In this document: positions 19,560 through 29,262 of the stretch, in pieces
How the letters are laid out: each line of letters opens with the position of its first letter
Position numbering within the stretch: position 1 is the first letter of the stretch
Assembly (NCBI GenBank): GCA_964427005.1
Contig: CAYRTL010000007.1
Location: 23,202-87,201 of the forward strand
Length of the DNA stretch: 64,000 nucleotides
Direction: 5' to 3'
From: an uncultured Acetobacteraceae bacterium
GTDB taxonomy: Bacteria > Pseudomonadota > Alphaproteobacteria > Acetobacterales > Acetobacteraceae
Notes under the pieces: model-generated
What the model saw: only the letters and a program-made list of their open reading frames with translations
The model's database searches: none
What the model was told of the DNA's origin: nothing
Position numbers and translations under genes: made by a program

Positions 19560-20834
19560 ATGGGACCACGCCGCCTTGCCCGCGCGCTGGCCGGACGCAT
19601 CCATTATGCCTGGGTTGTCGTGGGCGTGATGTTCACCGTCATTCTCGCCACTGTCGGCGTCCGCGCCGCACCAGGCGTGCTGATCGTGCCCCTCGAGCAG
19701 GCGTTTGGCTGGAATGCTGCGACGATCTCCGGCGCAATCTCGCTGAACATCCTGCTAGGTGGGCTCGTTGGCCCGTTTGGCGCTGCCCTGATCCAGCGGA
19801 TAGGGATGCGCGGCACAGTGCTCGGCTCGCTCTCGCTGCTGGCGTTTGGCGCGGCCGGCGCCGCATTCGCCCGCCGCCCCTGGGAACTCTATGCCACATG
19901 GGGCGTACTCGTCGGCATCGGCTCGGGCGCCGGCATGGTCGGCATGGCGACGGCGGTGGCCAATCGCTGGTTCGTCGCGCGGCGTGGCCTCGTGGTTGGG
20001 CTGCTGACCGCGAGCAATGCCAGCGGCCAGCTCGTCTTCCTGCCCTTATTGGCAAGCCTGGCCCAAAATCTGGGCTGGCAAAGCGTGCCTTGGGTGGTCG
20101 CGCTGGTGATCCTTGCGCTGATCCCGATCACCGCGCTGGTCCTTGCCGAAAGTCCGGGCAGCATTGGACTTGGGCCCTATGGGGCGGCCACCGAACCGCC
20201 GACCGTGCCGAGTGCCGCCAACCCGTTCGTCATCGCCTTGTCTGGCTTGGCACGCGGCGCGCGCTCCCTGGATTTCTGGCTGCTGTTCGCCAGTTTTGCT
20301 GTCTGCGGCTTCTCCACCAACGGCCTGGTGGCGACCCACCTCATTCCCTACTGCATCGACCACGGTATTCCCGAAGTCGGTGCGGCCAGCCTGCTCGCCG
20401 CAATGGGAATATTCGACCTCATCGGAACAACGGCGTCCGGCTGGCTCACGGACCGCTACAACGCCCGGGTGCTGCTGTTCTGGTACTACGGCTTGCGCGG
20501 CCTCTCGCTGATGATCCTGCCATTCACCAGCTTCGACATGGTCAGTCTGTCGATCTTCGCCGTGTTTTACGGCTTGGATTGGGTCGCGACCGTACCTCCG
20601 ACAGTCGCTCTGACGACGGACGTGTTCGGTAAGCGCGATGCGCCGGTGATTGCATCATGGATCATGTGTGGACATCAGATGGGCGGCGCGCTCGCGGCAC
20701 TTGGCGGCGGCGTGCTGCGCAACGCGACCGGCAGTTACCTCACCGCTTTCGTCGCCAGCGGCACCGCCTGCCTCATCGCGTCGCTGCTGGTGCTGCGGAT
20801 CGCGAGGCGTCCGGTTCTCGTGCTCGCGGAGTAG
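19560..20834 (+). CDS. MFS transporter (oxalate/formate-antiporter-like subfamily by N-terminal similarity to the 45665 MFS)
   Basis: ATG at 19560 preceded by ggaggag. 12-TM-like hydrophobic pattern. The track ORF starts at 19533. Confidence 0.9.
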   Translation: MGPRRLARALAGRIHYAWVVVGVMFTVILATVGVRAAPGVLIVPLEQAFGWNAATISGAISLNILLGGLVGPFGAALIQRIGMRGTVLGSLSLLAFGAAGAAFARRPWELYATWGVLVGIGSGAGMVGMATAVANRWFVARRGLVVGLLTASNASGQLVFLPLLASLAQNLGWQSVPWVVALVILALIPITALVLAESPGSIGLGPYGAATEPPTVPSAANPFVIALSGLARGARSLDFWLLFASFAVCGFSTNGLVATHLIPYCIDHGIPEVGAASLLAAMGIFDLIGTTASGWLTDRYNARVLLFWYYGLRGLSLMILPFTSFDMVSLSIFAVFYGLDWVATVPPTVALTTDVFGKRDAPVIASWIMCGHQMGGALAALGGGVLRNATGSYLTAFVASGTACLIASLLVLRIARRPVLVLAE

Positions 20835-20836
20835 CG

Positions 20837-21727
20837 CTAGGCGGGCCGGGCCAGCGGATGATGCGCCTCGACCAGGCGCTGCAGCCGCTCCGTGAGGACA
20901 TGCGTGTAGATCTGCGTAGTCGCAATATCCACATGACCAAGCAGCAATTGCAGGCTGCGCAGATCAGCCCCACGAGCCAGAAGATGCGATGCGAACGAAT
21001 GCCGGAGCACATGCGGCGAGACGCGCGCCGGGTCCAGGCCCGCATCGAGTGCAACGCGTTTCAGCAGCAGGAAGAAGGCCTGCCGTGTCAGCGGATGCCG
21101 CGGATCGCGCCCAGCAAACAGATAGCGCGTCGCTTTGTCCCCTGTGGACGCCAGCGCCGCGGCCGCCTCTTTCGCGCGTTCGGACAGCGGCACGATGCGC
21201 TCCTTGCCCCCCTTGCCCCGAACCAGCAGGACCGCGGCGTCGCGGGTGAGCGCGCGAATCGGCAGCGCCAGCAATTCCGATACGCGCAGACCGGTCGCAT
21301 AGAGGATTTCCAGCGCCGCTCGCGCGACCACGCCATTCCGCCCGGCCAGGCGCTTGGCGGCATCAAGTAAGGCATCCACCTCCTGTTCGCTCAGATATTT
21401 CGGTAGCGTTCTGGGCAGTCTCGGCGCATCGAGCAGGCGCGTAGGGTCATCGGCTCGTATCCCTTCGCGCAGCAGGAAACGATGGAACTGGCGCAGAGCT
21501 GACAGTCGGCGCGCCGCGGTGCGCGCAGCCAGGCCAGACTTCTGCAGGCTCGCCATGTACGACTGCAGCAGAACCGCATCGCACGCTGCGACCTCGTGGC
21601 CGCGTGCCGACGCAAAAGCCGCAAAATCATCCAGGTCCGCCTGGTACGCGGCCAACGTATTGCGCGCGGCGCCTTTCTCGGCCGCCAGCATCTCCAGAAA
21701 CGCCTCGACGTGCCTGTTCGCCGTCAC
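20837..21727 (-). CDS. xerD: Site-specific tyrosine recombinase XerD
   Basis: 296 aa, GTG start. Has ATGLRVSEL, the HVLRHSFASHLL...GADLRSLQLLLGHVDIATTQIYTHV catalytic R..H-R-H..Y set, and the XerD-type N-terminus (FLEMLAAEKGAARNTLAAY). Confidence 0.93.
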   Translation of the reverse strand: MTANRHVEAFLEMLAAEKGAARNTLAAYQADLDDFAAFASARGHEVAACDAVLLQSYMASLQKSGLAARTAARRLSALRQFHRFLLREGIRADDPTRLLDAPRLPRTLPKYLSEQEVDALLDAAKRLAGRNGVVARAALEILYATGLRVSELLALPIRALTRDAAVLLVRGKGGKERIVPLSERAKEAAAALASTGDKATRYLFAGRDPRHPLTRQAFFLLLKRVALDAGLDPARVSPHVLRHSFASHLLARGADLRSLQLLLGHVDIATTQIYTHVLTERLQRLVEAHHPLARPA

Positions 21728-21731
21728 GCCT

Positions 21732-21875
21732 TCAGTGGCTCTGGAACTTGTCGTTCGGCAGCACCTTCTCCACCGAATGCGGCGTCGGGTTCGGCGGATA
21801 GGCGCCCAGCATCACCACAGCCACGCCGAGTACGACCAGCCCGGCCGCCACGACGATGAAAAAGATGCGGATCAT
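21732..21875 (-). CDS. Small hypothetical membrane protein (47 aa), below the ORF-track length cutoff
   Basis: My own translation gives MIRIFFIVVAAGLVVLGVAVVMLGAYPPNPTPHSVEKVLPNDKFQSH. One clear TM helix. The stop lies 4 nt before the xerD GTG. GC3-rich codon usage like the neighbours. Confidence 0.5.
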   Translation of the reverse strand: MIRIFFIVVAAGLVVLGVAVVMLGAYPPNPTPHSVEKVLPNDKFQSH

Positions 21876-21964
21876 CGTCTCGTTCACCGATTCCTCGCCT
21901 GCATGGATTCGCCGCCGCCTTCATCTTGGCCTGTCCAGCGGGCGGTGTGCTAGCGTTCAGTGTC

Positions 21965-23644
21965 ATGACACGCAACACCGCACTGAAGGAGGCTGTTCCG
22001 CTTCCGGAAGCACTGACCGGCCGCAGCATTGTCCTCGTCGGTTTGATGGGCGCGGGCAAGACTTCGATCGGCCGCAGGCTGGCGGCCAAGTTTGGCCTGC
22101 CGTTCCGCGACGCGGATGCGGAAATTGAGCTGGCCGCCGGCTGTTCGATCCCCGAGCTCTTCTCCCGGTATGGGGAAAGCGACTTCCGCGCCGGCGAACG
22201 CAGAGTGATCCGAAGACTGCTCTCGGGAGACCCGCTGGTGCTGGCCTTTGGCGGTGGTGCGTTCATGGATCCGGAAACCCGCGCCATCACGCGCGAAGAG
22301 GCAGTATCCGTCTGGCTGCGCTGTCCCTTGCCAACGCTTCTGCGCCGCGTGGCTGGACGCGACAATCGTCCACTGCTTGCCGATGGCGATCGGGCGGAAA
22401 CTCTCCAGCGGCTGATGGACGTGCGCTACCCGGTGTATGCCGAAGCCGACGTCATCGTTGACTGCAGCGACGAAAGCCCCGATGCCACGACCAACCGCGT
22501 CCTGAATGCTCTGCTCGCATGGCGGTCACCGCGGCGGCTCTCTGTCGTCTTACCCAGTACCAGCTACGACGTGGTCATCGGCGATGATCTGCTCACCCGC
22601 GCCGGCGCTCTGCTGGCACCGCGTATGGAACAGAAGCGCGCGGTCGTTGTGACTGACGCGACGGTTGCGCAACTGCATCTCCCGGCCCTTCAACGCGGTC
22701 TCGCTGAAACGGGCGTAACCACCAGCCAGATCATCGTTCCGCCTGGCGAGGCCTCCAAGAACCTCGATAGCTGGCAGAGCGTGGTGGACCAGTTGCTGGA
22801 AGCGCGCGTCGAGCGTCGCACGACCGTCATCGCTCTGGGCGGCGGTGTGGTAGGCGACCTGGCCGGTTTCGCCGCCGCCAGCACTTTGCGCGGCCTGCCC
22901 TTTGTCCAGGTGCCAACCACGCTGCTGTCCCAGGTCGACTCCTCTGTGGGCGGCAAGACCGGCGTGAATACGGGGCGAGGCAAGAACCTCGTTGGCGCGT
23001 TTTATCAGCCACGCATGGTGCTCGCCGACACAGGAACGCTCGCGACGCTCCCGCCGCGTGAACTACGCGCGGGATACGCCGAGATCGCCAAGGCCGGGCT
23101 GATCGGGGATGCAGCCTTCTTTGCCTGGTGCGAGGCGAACGGCGCCGCGCTGGTGGGCGGCAACCGCGAAGTGCAGGCCGAGGCCATCATGCGCGCCTGC
23201 GCCTTCAAGGCCGCTGTCGTGGGCGACGATGAGCGAGAGGAGAAGCCGAATGACGGGCGCGCCCTGCTGAACCTGGGGCACACATTCGGTCACGCGCTCG
23301 AGGCGGAATACGGCTACAGCGGAGGCCTGCTACACGGCGAGGGCGTCGCGGTCGGGCTAGGCCTGGCTTTCCGCCTGTCCGCGCGGCTGGGGCACTGCGC
23401 CGCGGCTGATGCGGACCGCGTCGTATCCCACGTGGCGGCGATGGGGATGCCGGCGGAGCTGCGTATGCTGAACCGGCGCTTCTCAGCCGAGACGCTGGTT
23501 GGGCATATGCGGCGTGACAAGAAGGTGCGGGACGGTGCGCTGAAATTCGTACTGGCGCGAGGTATCGGGCAGGCTTTCACCAAGGGCGACGTGCCAGCCC
23601 AGGCTGTTACCGAGTTGCTGCGCGACGAAGGGTGCGGCCCGTAA
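21965..23644 (+). CDS. aroKB: Bifunctional shikimate kinase / 3-dehydroquinate synthase (AroK-AroB fusion)
   Basis: One uninterrupted frame. The N-terminal portion has the kinase Walker A LVGLMGAGKTSIGRRLA. The rest is AroB (GGGVVGDLAGFAAASTLRGLPFVQVPTTLLSQVDSSVGGKTGVN...LNLGHTFGHALE). ATG at 21965; the track ORF starts at 21926. Confidence 0.9.
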   Translation: MTRNTALKEAVPLPEALTGRSIVLVGLMGAGKTSIGRRLAAKFGLPFRDADAEIELAAGCSIPELFSRYGESDFRAGERRVIRRLLSGDPLVLAFGGGAFMDPETRAITREEAVSVWLRCPLPTLLRRVAGRDNRPLLADGDRAETLQRLMDVRYPVYAEADVIVDCSDESPDATTNRVLNALLAWRSPRRLSVVLPSTSYDVVIGDDLLTRAGALLAPRMEQKRAVVVTDATVAQLHLPALQRGLAETGVTTSQIIVPPGEASKNLDSWQSVVDQLLEARVERRTTVIALGGGVVGDLAGFAAASTLRGLPFVQVPTTLLSQVDSSVGGKTGVNTGRGKNLVGAFYQPRMVLADTGTLATLPPRELRAGYAEIAKAGLIGDAAFFAWCEANGAALVGGNREVQAEAIMRACAFKAAVVGDDEREEKPNDGRALLNLGHTFGHALEAEYGYSGGLLHGEGVAVGLGLAFRLSARLGHCAAADADRVVSHVAAMGMPAELRMLNRRFSAETLVGHMRRDKKVRDGALKFVLARGIGQAFTKGDVPAQAVTELLRDEGCGP

Positions 23645-23726
23645 CGCGGGGTGCCCGCCCGTTGCGCCACCTGCGTCGAATGCCATATGCACCCCTGCTG
23701 CGCTGCACAACAACCAGGAGTCCATA

Positions 23727-24347
23727 ATGCCGTTGACCCCGCCCCAGGATCGCGAATTGTTGCATTCGCGCGACATCGTCCTGCGCGGCTATCGGCGGGC
23801 AGACGGGCTTTATGACATCGAGGCGCAGCTTACCGACACGAAGACGTACGGCACCGCCAACTTTGATCGGACCTACATCGAGGCCGGTGAGCCGATCCAT
23901 GGCATGTGGCTGCGGCTGACGGTGGATGAACATCGCCGGATCATCGCCAGCGAGGCGGCCAGCGACTACACGCCCTACTCCATTTGTCCGACAGCCGCAC
24001 CGAACTTCGCCCGGCTTGCCGGGCTGCAAATCAAGCCTGGCTTTCTGAAAGAGGCCGCCAAGCGTATCGGCGGCACGGCGGGCTGCACGCATTTGCGCGA
24101 ACTGCTGCAGCAAGTGGCCACGACGGCCTACCAGACAATCGATCCAGCCAAAGCAAAGCAGGAAGCCGATGCGGCGGGAGAATCGAATGAGTCCAGCGGA
24201 GACCGCCTGGACGCGCGGATCGCCGCGAAGATGGGCGGCGCGCCGGCGATCCTGAACACCTGCGTCGCCTATGGCACCGGCAGCCCGGTTGTGCAGCGGC
24301 GCTGGCCGCATCTCTATACCGGGCCGGAGAAGCAGGCGGCCGACTAG
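23727..24347 (+). CDS. DUF2889-like protein
   Basis: 206 aa. The pattern LHSRDIVLRGYRRADGLYDIEAQLTDTK...GTAGCTHLRELL matches my recollection of the DUF2889 family. Function unknown. Confidence 0.75.
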   Translation: MPLTPPQDRELLHSRDIVLRGYRRADGLYDIEAQLTDTKTYGTANFDRTYIEAGEPIHGMWLRLTVDEHRRIIASEAASDYTPYSICPTAAPNFARLAGLQIKPGFLKEAAKRIGGTAGCTHLRELLQQVATTAYQTIDPAKAKQEADAAGESNESSGDRLDARIAAKMGGAPAILNTCVAYGTGSPVVQRRWPHLYTGPEKQAAD

Positions 24348-24348
24348 A

Positions 24349-24648
24349 CTAGGCGGCGTGCTGCTCGTAGAAAGCGAACGGTCCCCGATCGAGCACCCCA
24401 TGATTCGCAGCCTCGTGCCCCGCTTCATTGGCGGCCTGCCGAAAATATTGCAGCACGAATACCCGCACGGCGCTGGTACGCCCACCGCTGTGGCCAACAG
24501 CCTCAATCTGGCGAACCAGTTGATTTAAGTCTTGGCGCTCGCGCCGGCAGATCTCGGCAAGCGCATCCCACAGCTCCGGCTCCAGACGCATGCTGGTTCT
24601 GCCACGCTCCGCAACGACGTTACGGTTGACCAATCGACTGCCCGTCAC
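24349..24648 (-). CDS. Ribbon-helix-helix domain protein (COG4321-like)
   Basis: The core RTSMRLEPELWDALAEICRRERQDLNQLVRQIE resembles the RHH family usually found as small stand-alone genes. The start is uncertain: GTG 24648 with aaggggg RBS, TTG 24633, or ATG 24591. The track start at 24780 would overlap the lrp-like gene. Confidence 0.65.
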   Translation of the reverse strand: MTGSRLVNRNVVAERGRTSMRLEPELWDALAEICRRERQDLNQLVRQIEAVGHSGGRTSAVRVFVLQYFRQAANEAGHEAANHGVLDRGPFAFYEQHAA

Positions 24649-24703
24649 GGCCGCCCCCTTTCCGGTGACCGCGGCAGAAAAACACAGGCATCCTAAGAAA
24701 TGG

Positions 24704-25168
24704 TTAGATTGGCAGCGGGGCCGCCTTGAGCCGCTCCATGGAGAACCTGCTGGTGACGTTGCGCAGCGGCACTGCGGCAATCAACTTGCGATAGAACTCG
24801 TCGTAGGCGGCAATGTCCGGCACTACAACGTGCATCAGGTAATCGACGTCGCCACTCATCCTCCAGGCGTCGACGATTTCGGGCATCGTCTGCACCACGT
24901 CGGCGAATCGCTTCAACCATTCGCCGGAATGGTCCGCGGTCTCCACCTCGACGAACACCGAAACGGGCAAGCCGACTTTCGCCGGGTCAATCGTCGCTAC
25001 ACGGCCGCGGATGACGCCGTCCTGTTCCAGCCGGCGGATCCGCTTCCAGCAAGGTGTAGAGGTCAGGCCAACCCGATCGGCAATCTCGGCGAGAGATAGC
25101 GAAGCATCGGCGGCAAGCAGGCGCAGGATCTCGCGATCCACCCTGTCCATGTCCTTGTCCGTTGGCAT
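24704..25168 (-). CDS. Lrp/AsnC-family transcriptional regulator
   Basis: ATG at 25168 (RBS gaggtgg). DREILRLLAADASLSLAEIADRVGLTSTPCWKRIRRLEQDGVI HTH plus a RAM/ACT-like C-terminal domain. Confidence 0.9.
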   Translation of the reverse strand: MPTDKDMDRVDREILRLLAADASLSLAEIADRVGLTSTPCWKRIRRLEQDGVIRGRVATIDPAKVGLPVSVFVEVETADHSGEWLKRFADVVQTMPEIVDAWRMSGDVDYLMHVVVPDIAAYDEFYRKLIAAVPLRNVTSRFSMERLKAAPLPI

Positions 25169-25262
25169 GATCGTCTCACCACCTCCGCACGTCACTGATA
25201 GCAGAAAATTGCCATAAAATGCATCCAGCGGGGTGCAAAGAAAAGAATTTGGCAGGTTCGCG

Positions 25263-25559
25263 TCAAACGGCTTGCCGGGCGTGCTCCTCCGGCGTGCGAA
25301 GCGTCAGCGACAGGGCGTGCATGCCGTCGGCGAACTCGGCCGTAAGCGCCTCGTGCACCGCGCGAGACCGGGCCAGCCGGTTCATGCCGAGAAACGCCTC
25401 GCTAACCAGCAGTACGCTGTAATGCGTCTCGCCACCTGGGCGCGCACCGGAATGGCCCGCATGGCGTGCACTGTCGTCTGTGACGCGCAGGAGCCTGGGG
25501 GAAAAAGCCCGAGTCAGGACGGCCTCTAGCCTTGCGGTGCGGGATGGCATTGCCGACAT
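25263..25559 (-). CDS. BolA-family protein
   Basis: RLLRVTDDSARHAGHSGA...HYSVLLVSEAFLGMNRLARSRAVHEAL is the BolA signature. The start is M21 or M24 of the track ORF. Confidence 0.85.
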   Translation of the reverse strand: MSAMPSRTARLEAVLTRAFSPRLLRVTDDSARHAGHSGARPGGETHYSVLLVSEAFLGMNRLARSRAVHEALTAEFADGMHALSLTLRTPEEHARQAV

Positions 25560-25628
25560 ATCGAATGTCTTCCCAGCGTCGCCAAGAGCCAGTTGCCAAG
25601 TCCCCGACAAGCTGCCCATAACGGCACC

Positions 25629-26222
25629 ATGAGCCGACGTGCCCCCAAAGCCAGGGCCTATGCACCGGATCCCGCCGCGCCAGGGCGCTGTTGCGACATG
25701 CCTGGCTGCGAAGCGATGGGCGAGTATCGTGCGCCCAAGTCACGGCGCAACCTGAACGATTACTGGTGGTTCTGCCTGGAACACGTGCGGGCTTACAATG
25801 CCACCTGGGACTACTACAAAGGCATGTCGCCGGGAGAAATCGAGGCGCAGCTTCGTGCCGATACTGCCTGGCAGCGTCCATCCTGGCCGCTGGGCCGAAT
25901 TGGCAAGGCTGCGGCGTGGGACGAGGAACTGCTGCGCGACCCGCTGCATCTGCTCGCGGCTGGCCGCATCAAGCGCGGCCCAAGGGAACAACCGCAGCAG
26001 ACGCCCCCCGAGTTGCGCGGACCGCTTGCGACGCTTGGCCTTTCCTGGCCCACCACTCTGGATGCCGTGAAGACTCGCTACAAAGAGTTGGCGAAAAGGC
26101 ACCATCCGGACGCCAATGGCGGCGACCGGGCCGCTGAGGAGCGACTCAAGGATATCAATCTTGCCTACGCCGCTCTGCGCTCGCGCCTGATGCCTGCGCC
26201 CAGTGTGGCAGCCGCCGACTAA
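25629..26222 (+). CDS. J-domain (DnaJ-like) protein
   Basis: C-terminal J-domain with the HPD tripeptide: [41 protein letters not shown]-terminal Cys-rich segment [16 protein letters not shown]...[12 protein letters not shown]. Confidence 0.85.
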   Translation: MSRRAPKARAYAPDPAAPGRCCDMPGCEAMGEYRAPKSRRNLNDYWWFCLEHVRAYNATWDYYKGMSPGEIEAQLRADTAWQRPSWPLGRIGKAAAWDEELLRDPLHLLAAGRIKRGPREQPQQTPPELRGPLATLGLSWPTTLDAVKTRYKELAKRHHPDANGGDRAAEERLKDINLAYAALRSRLMPAPSVAAAD

Positions 26223-26292
26223 TTCCCCGCTCTTGCGCAAGCGCGAGCCAGGACTAGACTTTTCATTGATCGACACAGGAACCGCCCACCCG

Positions 26293-27306
26293 ATGAACAA
26301 GGTTGCCTCTCTGGCCGAAATTCGCCCGACCTCCGCGATCGACTTGCCGGACACCAAGGTGTCGGCGCGCGAGGCATTCGACATCGAGACCGACATGCAG
26401 GTGCCGGCATTTTCCGTGCGCACCGAGCATGTCCCCGATATCGACACGGCCTACAAGTTCGACCGCGAGACGACGCTCGCCATTGTCGCCGGCTTCGCGT
26501 TCAACCGCCGATGCATGATCCAGGGGTATCACGGCACCGGCAAGTCGACGCATATCGAGCAAGTGGCCGCGCGGCTGAACTGGCCCTGCATCCGCGTCAA
26601 TCTCGACAGCCACATCAGCCGCATCGACCTGATCGGCAAGGACGCCATCGTGTTGCGCGATGGCAAGCAGGTGACTGAGTTCCGCGAAGGCATCCTTCCC
26701 TGGGCGCTGCAACATGCCTGCGCGCTGGTGTTCGACGAGTACGATGCCGGCCGGCCAGACGTGATGTTCGTGATCCAGCGCGTGCTCGAAGTCGAGGGTA
26801 AGCTGACGCTGCTCGACCAGAACCGCGTGATCCGGCCACACCCGTCGTTCCGGCTATTCTCCACCGCGAACACCGTGGGCCTGGGCGATACAACCGGGCT
26901 GTATCACGGCACGCAGCAGATCAATCAGGGTCAGATGGACCGCTGGAACATCGTCGCCACGCTGAACTACCTCCCGCACGCGATGGAGACGTCGATCGTG
27001 CTGGCAAAACTCGGCGCCGATCCGAAGGATGCGGCGATGAAAAAACGCATCGAAGCGATGGTGGCGCTGGCCGATTTGACGCGCGCGGGCTTCATCAACG
27101 GCGACATCTCCACTGTTATGTCGCCGCGCACCGTGATCACCTGGGCCGAGAACGCTCGCATCTTCGGCGATGTCGGGTTCGCCTTCCGTGTGACGTTCCT
27201 GAATAAGTGCGACGAGGCGGAGCGCGCCACGGTGGGCGAGTACTACCAGCGCTGCTTCAACGAGGAGATCCCGACAGGCGGGTTCACGACGCGCAAGTTC
27301 AACTAA
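26293..27306 (+). CDS. cobS: Cobaltochelatase subunit CobS-type AAA+ (MoxR-like) ATPase
   Basis: ATG at 26293. Walker [10 protein letters not shown], Walker B LVFDEYD, typical CobS length (337 aa) and N-terminus ([20 protein letters not shown]). Confidence 0.9.
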   Translation: MNKVASLAEIRPTSAIDLPDTKVSAREAFDIETDMQVPAFSVRTEHVPDIDTAYKFDRETTLAIVAGFAFNRRCMIQGYHGTGKSTHIEQVAARLNWPCIRVNLDSHISRIDLIGKDAIVLRDGKQVTEFREGILPWALQHACALVFDEYDAGRPDVMFVIQRVLEVEGKLTLLDQNRVIRPHPSFRLFSTANTVGLGDTTGLYHGTQQINQGQMDRWNIVATLNYLPHAMETSIVLAKLGADPKDAAMKKRIEAMVALADLTRAGFINGDISTVMSPRTVITWAENARIFGDVGFAFRVTFLNKCDEAERATVGEYYQRCFNEEIPTGGFTTRKFN

Positions 27307-27380
27307 GTGGTCAGTGGTCAGTGGTCAGCGGTCAGTCGAGCCGCCCACACTGACCACTGACCCCGACAACTGACCACTGA
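27307..27380. repeat. Heptad-based palindromic element (4x GYGGTCA facing TGACCAC units), sister of 6027-6099
   Basis: gtggtca gtggtca gtggtca gcggtca gtcgag (27307-27340), ccgccca, then cac tgaccac tgacccc gacaac tgaccac tga (27348-27380). Fills the whole cobS-cobT spacer. Confidence 0.7.
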
Positions 27381-27382
27381 AG

Positions 27383-29260
27383 ATGAGCGGCACGAACAAA
27401 GACAACACGCGAGCTGAAGAGTTCAAACGCGCGACTGCCGGCGTGCTGCGCGCGATTGCGGAAGTGCCTGACGTGCAGGTGGCATTTCAGCCAGGGCCAT
27501 CGGGTCTTTCTGGCAAGCGTGCGCGGCTGCCGCTGCCAACGCGGGCATTGCCTCCGCAGGAAATGGCGCGGTTGCGCGGCGCATCGGACGCGCTGGCGCT
27601 ACGGCTGCGTCACCACGACGATGCCGTCCATGCCGCGCGCATGCCGGCGCGCCGCGAGGCGAAGGACGTGTACGACGCACTGGAGCAAGTGCGTGTCGAG
27701 GTGGTCGGTTCGCGTCATATGTCAGGCGTGGCGGCCAATCTGCAGTCCAAGCTGGCCGAGGAATGCGAGTCCGAAGGCTACGACCGCATGACGCGCAAGG
27801 ATCAGCTTCCGATCCAGGCAGCGCTGTCGTTGCTCGCGCGCGAGCAGATGTCAGGACAGCAGGTGCCCGAAGCGGCCCGGCGCATCCTGGACATGTGGCG
27901 CGATACACTTGGCGACTCCGCCGATGCGGCGCTGGCGGAAATGAACGCCGCGCAAGACGACCAGACGGCATTTGCGCGAGCTGCCCGGAAACTGCTGGCG
28001 GCGCTCGATCTCGCCGAGGCCGAAAGCGACGCGGAGCCCGAGGATCAGACCGAGGAAGGCGAGGAAGGCGGCGAACAGTCCGGCCAGCAGGACGAGCAGC
28101 AGGACGGTTCGGGCCAGAGCGAATCCGAGCAGGACAGCATGCTCGGCGCCAATCCCGAGGAGATGGAAGGCGACGCAGCCGATGACGAGGGCACCGAATC
28201 GGATGACGAGGCGGCGGTAGCCGAAGGCGACGACAGGCCAGGCGGCCCGCAGCCGCGACGTGAGCGCGGCAATCCGGATAACGAGGCGGTCTATCGTGCC
28301 TACACTCGTCTCTACGACGAAGAGATCGAAGCCGAGGAACTGTGCGACCCCGATGAGCTGACCCGGTTGCGCCAGCAACTGGACCAGCAGTTGCAGCATC
28401 TGCAAGGCGTGATCTCGAAATTGGCCAACCGGCTGCAGCGGCGACTCCTGGCGCAACAGACCCGCGCCTGGGAATTCGATTTGGATGAAGGTCTGCTCGA
28501 CGCTGGCCGGCTATCGCGCGTGGTGGTCAATCCGCTCCAGGCCTTGTCGTACAAGCGAGAGCTGGACACGGAATTCCGTGACACAGTGGTGACGCTGCTG
28601 ATCGACAATTCCGGATCGATGCGCGGACGGCCGATCACCGTAGCGGCGATGTGCGGTGACATCCTGGCACGCACGCTGGAGCGCTGCGCCGTGAAGGTCG
28701 AGGTGCTTGGCTTCACCACGCGCGCCTGGAAGGGTGGCCAGAGCCGCGAGAAGTGGGTGCAGGAGGGCAAGCCGCGCAATCCCGGGCGGCTGAATGATCT
28801 GCGGCACATTGTTTACAAGGCCGCGGATTCGCCGTGGCGTCGTGCACGCAAGAACCTGGGCCTTATGCTGCGCGAGGGGCTGCTGAAGGAGAACATCGAC
28901 GGCGAGGCGCTGCTGTGGGCGTATCGCCGCCTGCTGGTACGGCCGGAGCACCGGCGCATCCTGATGGTGATCAGCGACGGCGCGCCGGTGGATGATTCGA
29001 CGCTGTCAGTGAATCCCGGCAACTACCTGGAGAAGCACCTGCGCGAGGTGATTCGCGACATCGAGAACCGCGACCAGGTGGAGCTGATTGCCATCGGCAT
29101 CGGCCACGATGTGACACGCTACTATCGCCGTGCGGTCACTATCGTGGATGCCGAGGAACTTGGCGGCACGATGATGAAGAAGCTGACAGAGCTATTCGAC
29201 GAGGACATGGAGGCGGCGTGGGCTCGAGCGGCGAGCGAGCGCGCGGCACTGGTTGTCTGA
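27383..29260 (+). CDS. cobT: Cobaltochelatase subunit CobT-type protein (acidic linker plus C-terminal vWA domain)
   Basis: 625 aa. Highly acidic D/E/Q tract (aa about 205-290). vWA/MIDAS-like [11 protein letters not shown] and [15 protein letters not shown]. Confidence 0.9.
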   Translation: MSGTNKDNTRAEEFKRATAGVLRAIAEVPDVQVAFQPGPSGLSGKRARLPLPTRALPPQEMARLRGASDALALRLRHHDDAVHAARMPARREAKDVYDALEQVRVEVVGSRHMSGVAANLQSKLAEECESEGYDRMTRKDQLPIQAALSLLAREQMSGQQVPEAARRILDMWRDTLGDSADAALAEMNAAQDDQTAFARAARKLLAALDLAEAESDAEPEDQTEEGEEGGEQSGQQDEQQDGSGQSESEQDSMLGANPEEMEGDAADDEGTESDDEAAVAEGDDRPGGPQPRRERGNPDNEAVYRAYTRLYDEEIEAEELCDPDELTRLRQQLDQQLQHLQGVISKLANRLQRRLLAQQTRAWEFDLDEGLLDAGRLSRVVVNPLQALSYKRELDTEFRDTVVTLLIDNSGSMRGRPITVAAMCGDILARTLERCAVKVEVLGFTTRAWKGGQSREKWVQEGKPRNPGRLNDLRHIVYKAADSPWRRARKNLGLMLREGLLKENIDGEALLWAYRRLLVRPEHRRILMVISDGAPVDDSTLSVNPGNYLEKHLREVIRDIENRDQVELIAIGIGHDVTRYYRRAVTIVDAEELGGTMMKKLTELFDEDMEAAWARAASERAALVV

Positions 29261-29262
29261 GC

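Noticed and set aside
21724-22365. 213-aa minus-strand ORF
   Set aside because: It lies antisense to the shikimate-kinase part of aroKB and has an S/A/R/P-rich translation. The real minus-strand gene here is the 47-aa ORF at 21732-21875, in a different frame.
23607-24506. 299-aa minus-strand ORF
   Set aside because: It lies antisense to the DUF2889 gene, overlaps the RHH gene, and has no motifs.
27851-28456. 201-aa minus-strand ORF opposite the cobT acidic linker
   Set aside because: It is the mirror image of a GA-rich (D/E-coding) tract, and the open frame is a by-product of codon periodicity.
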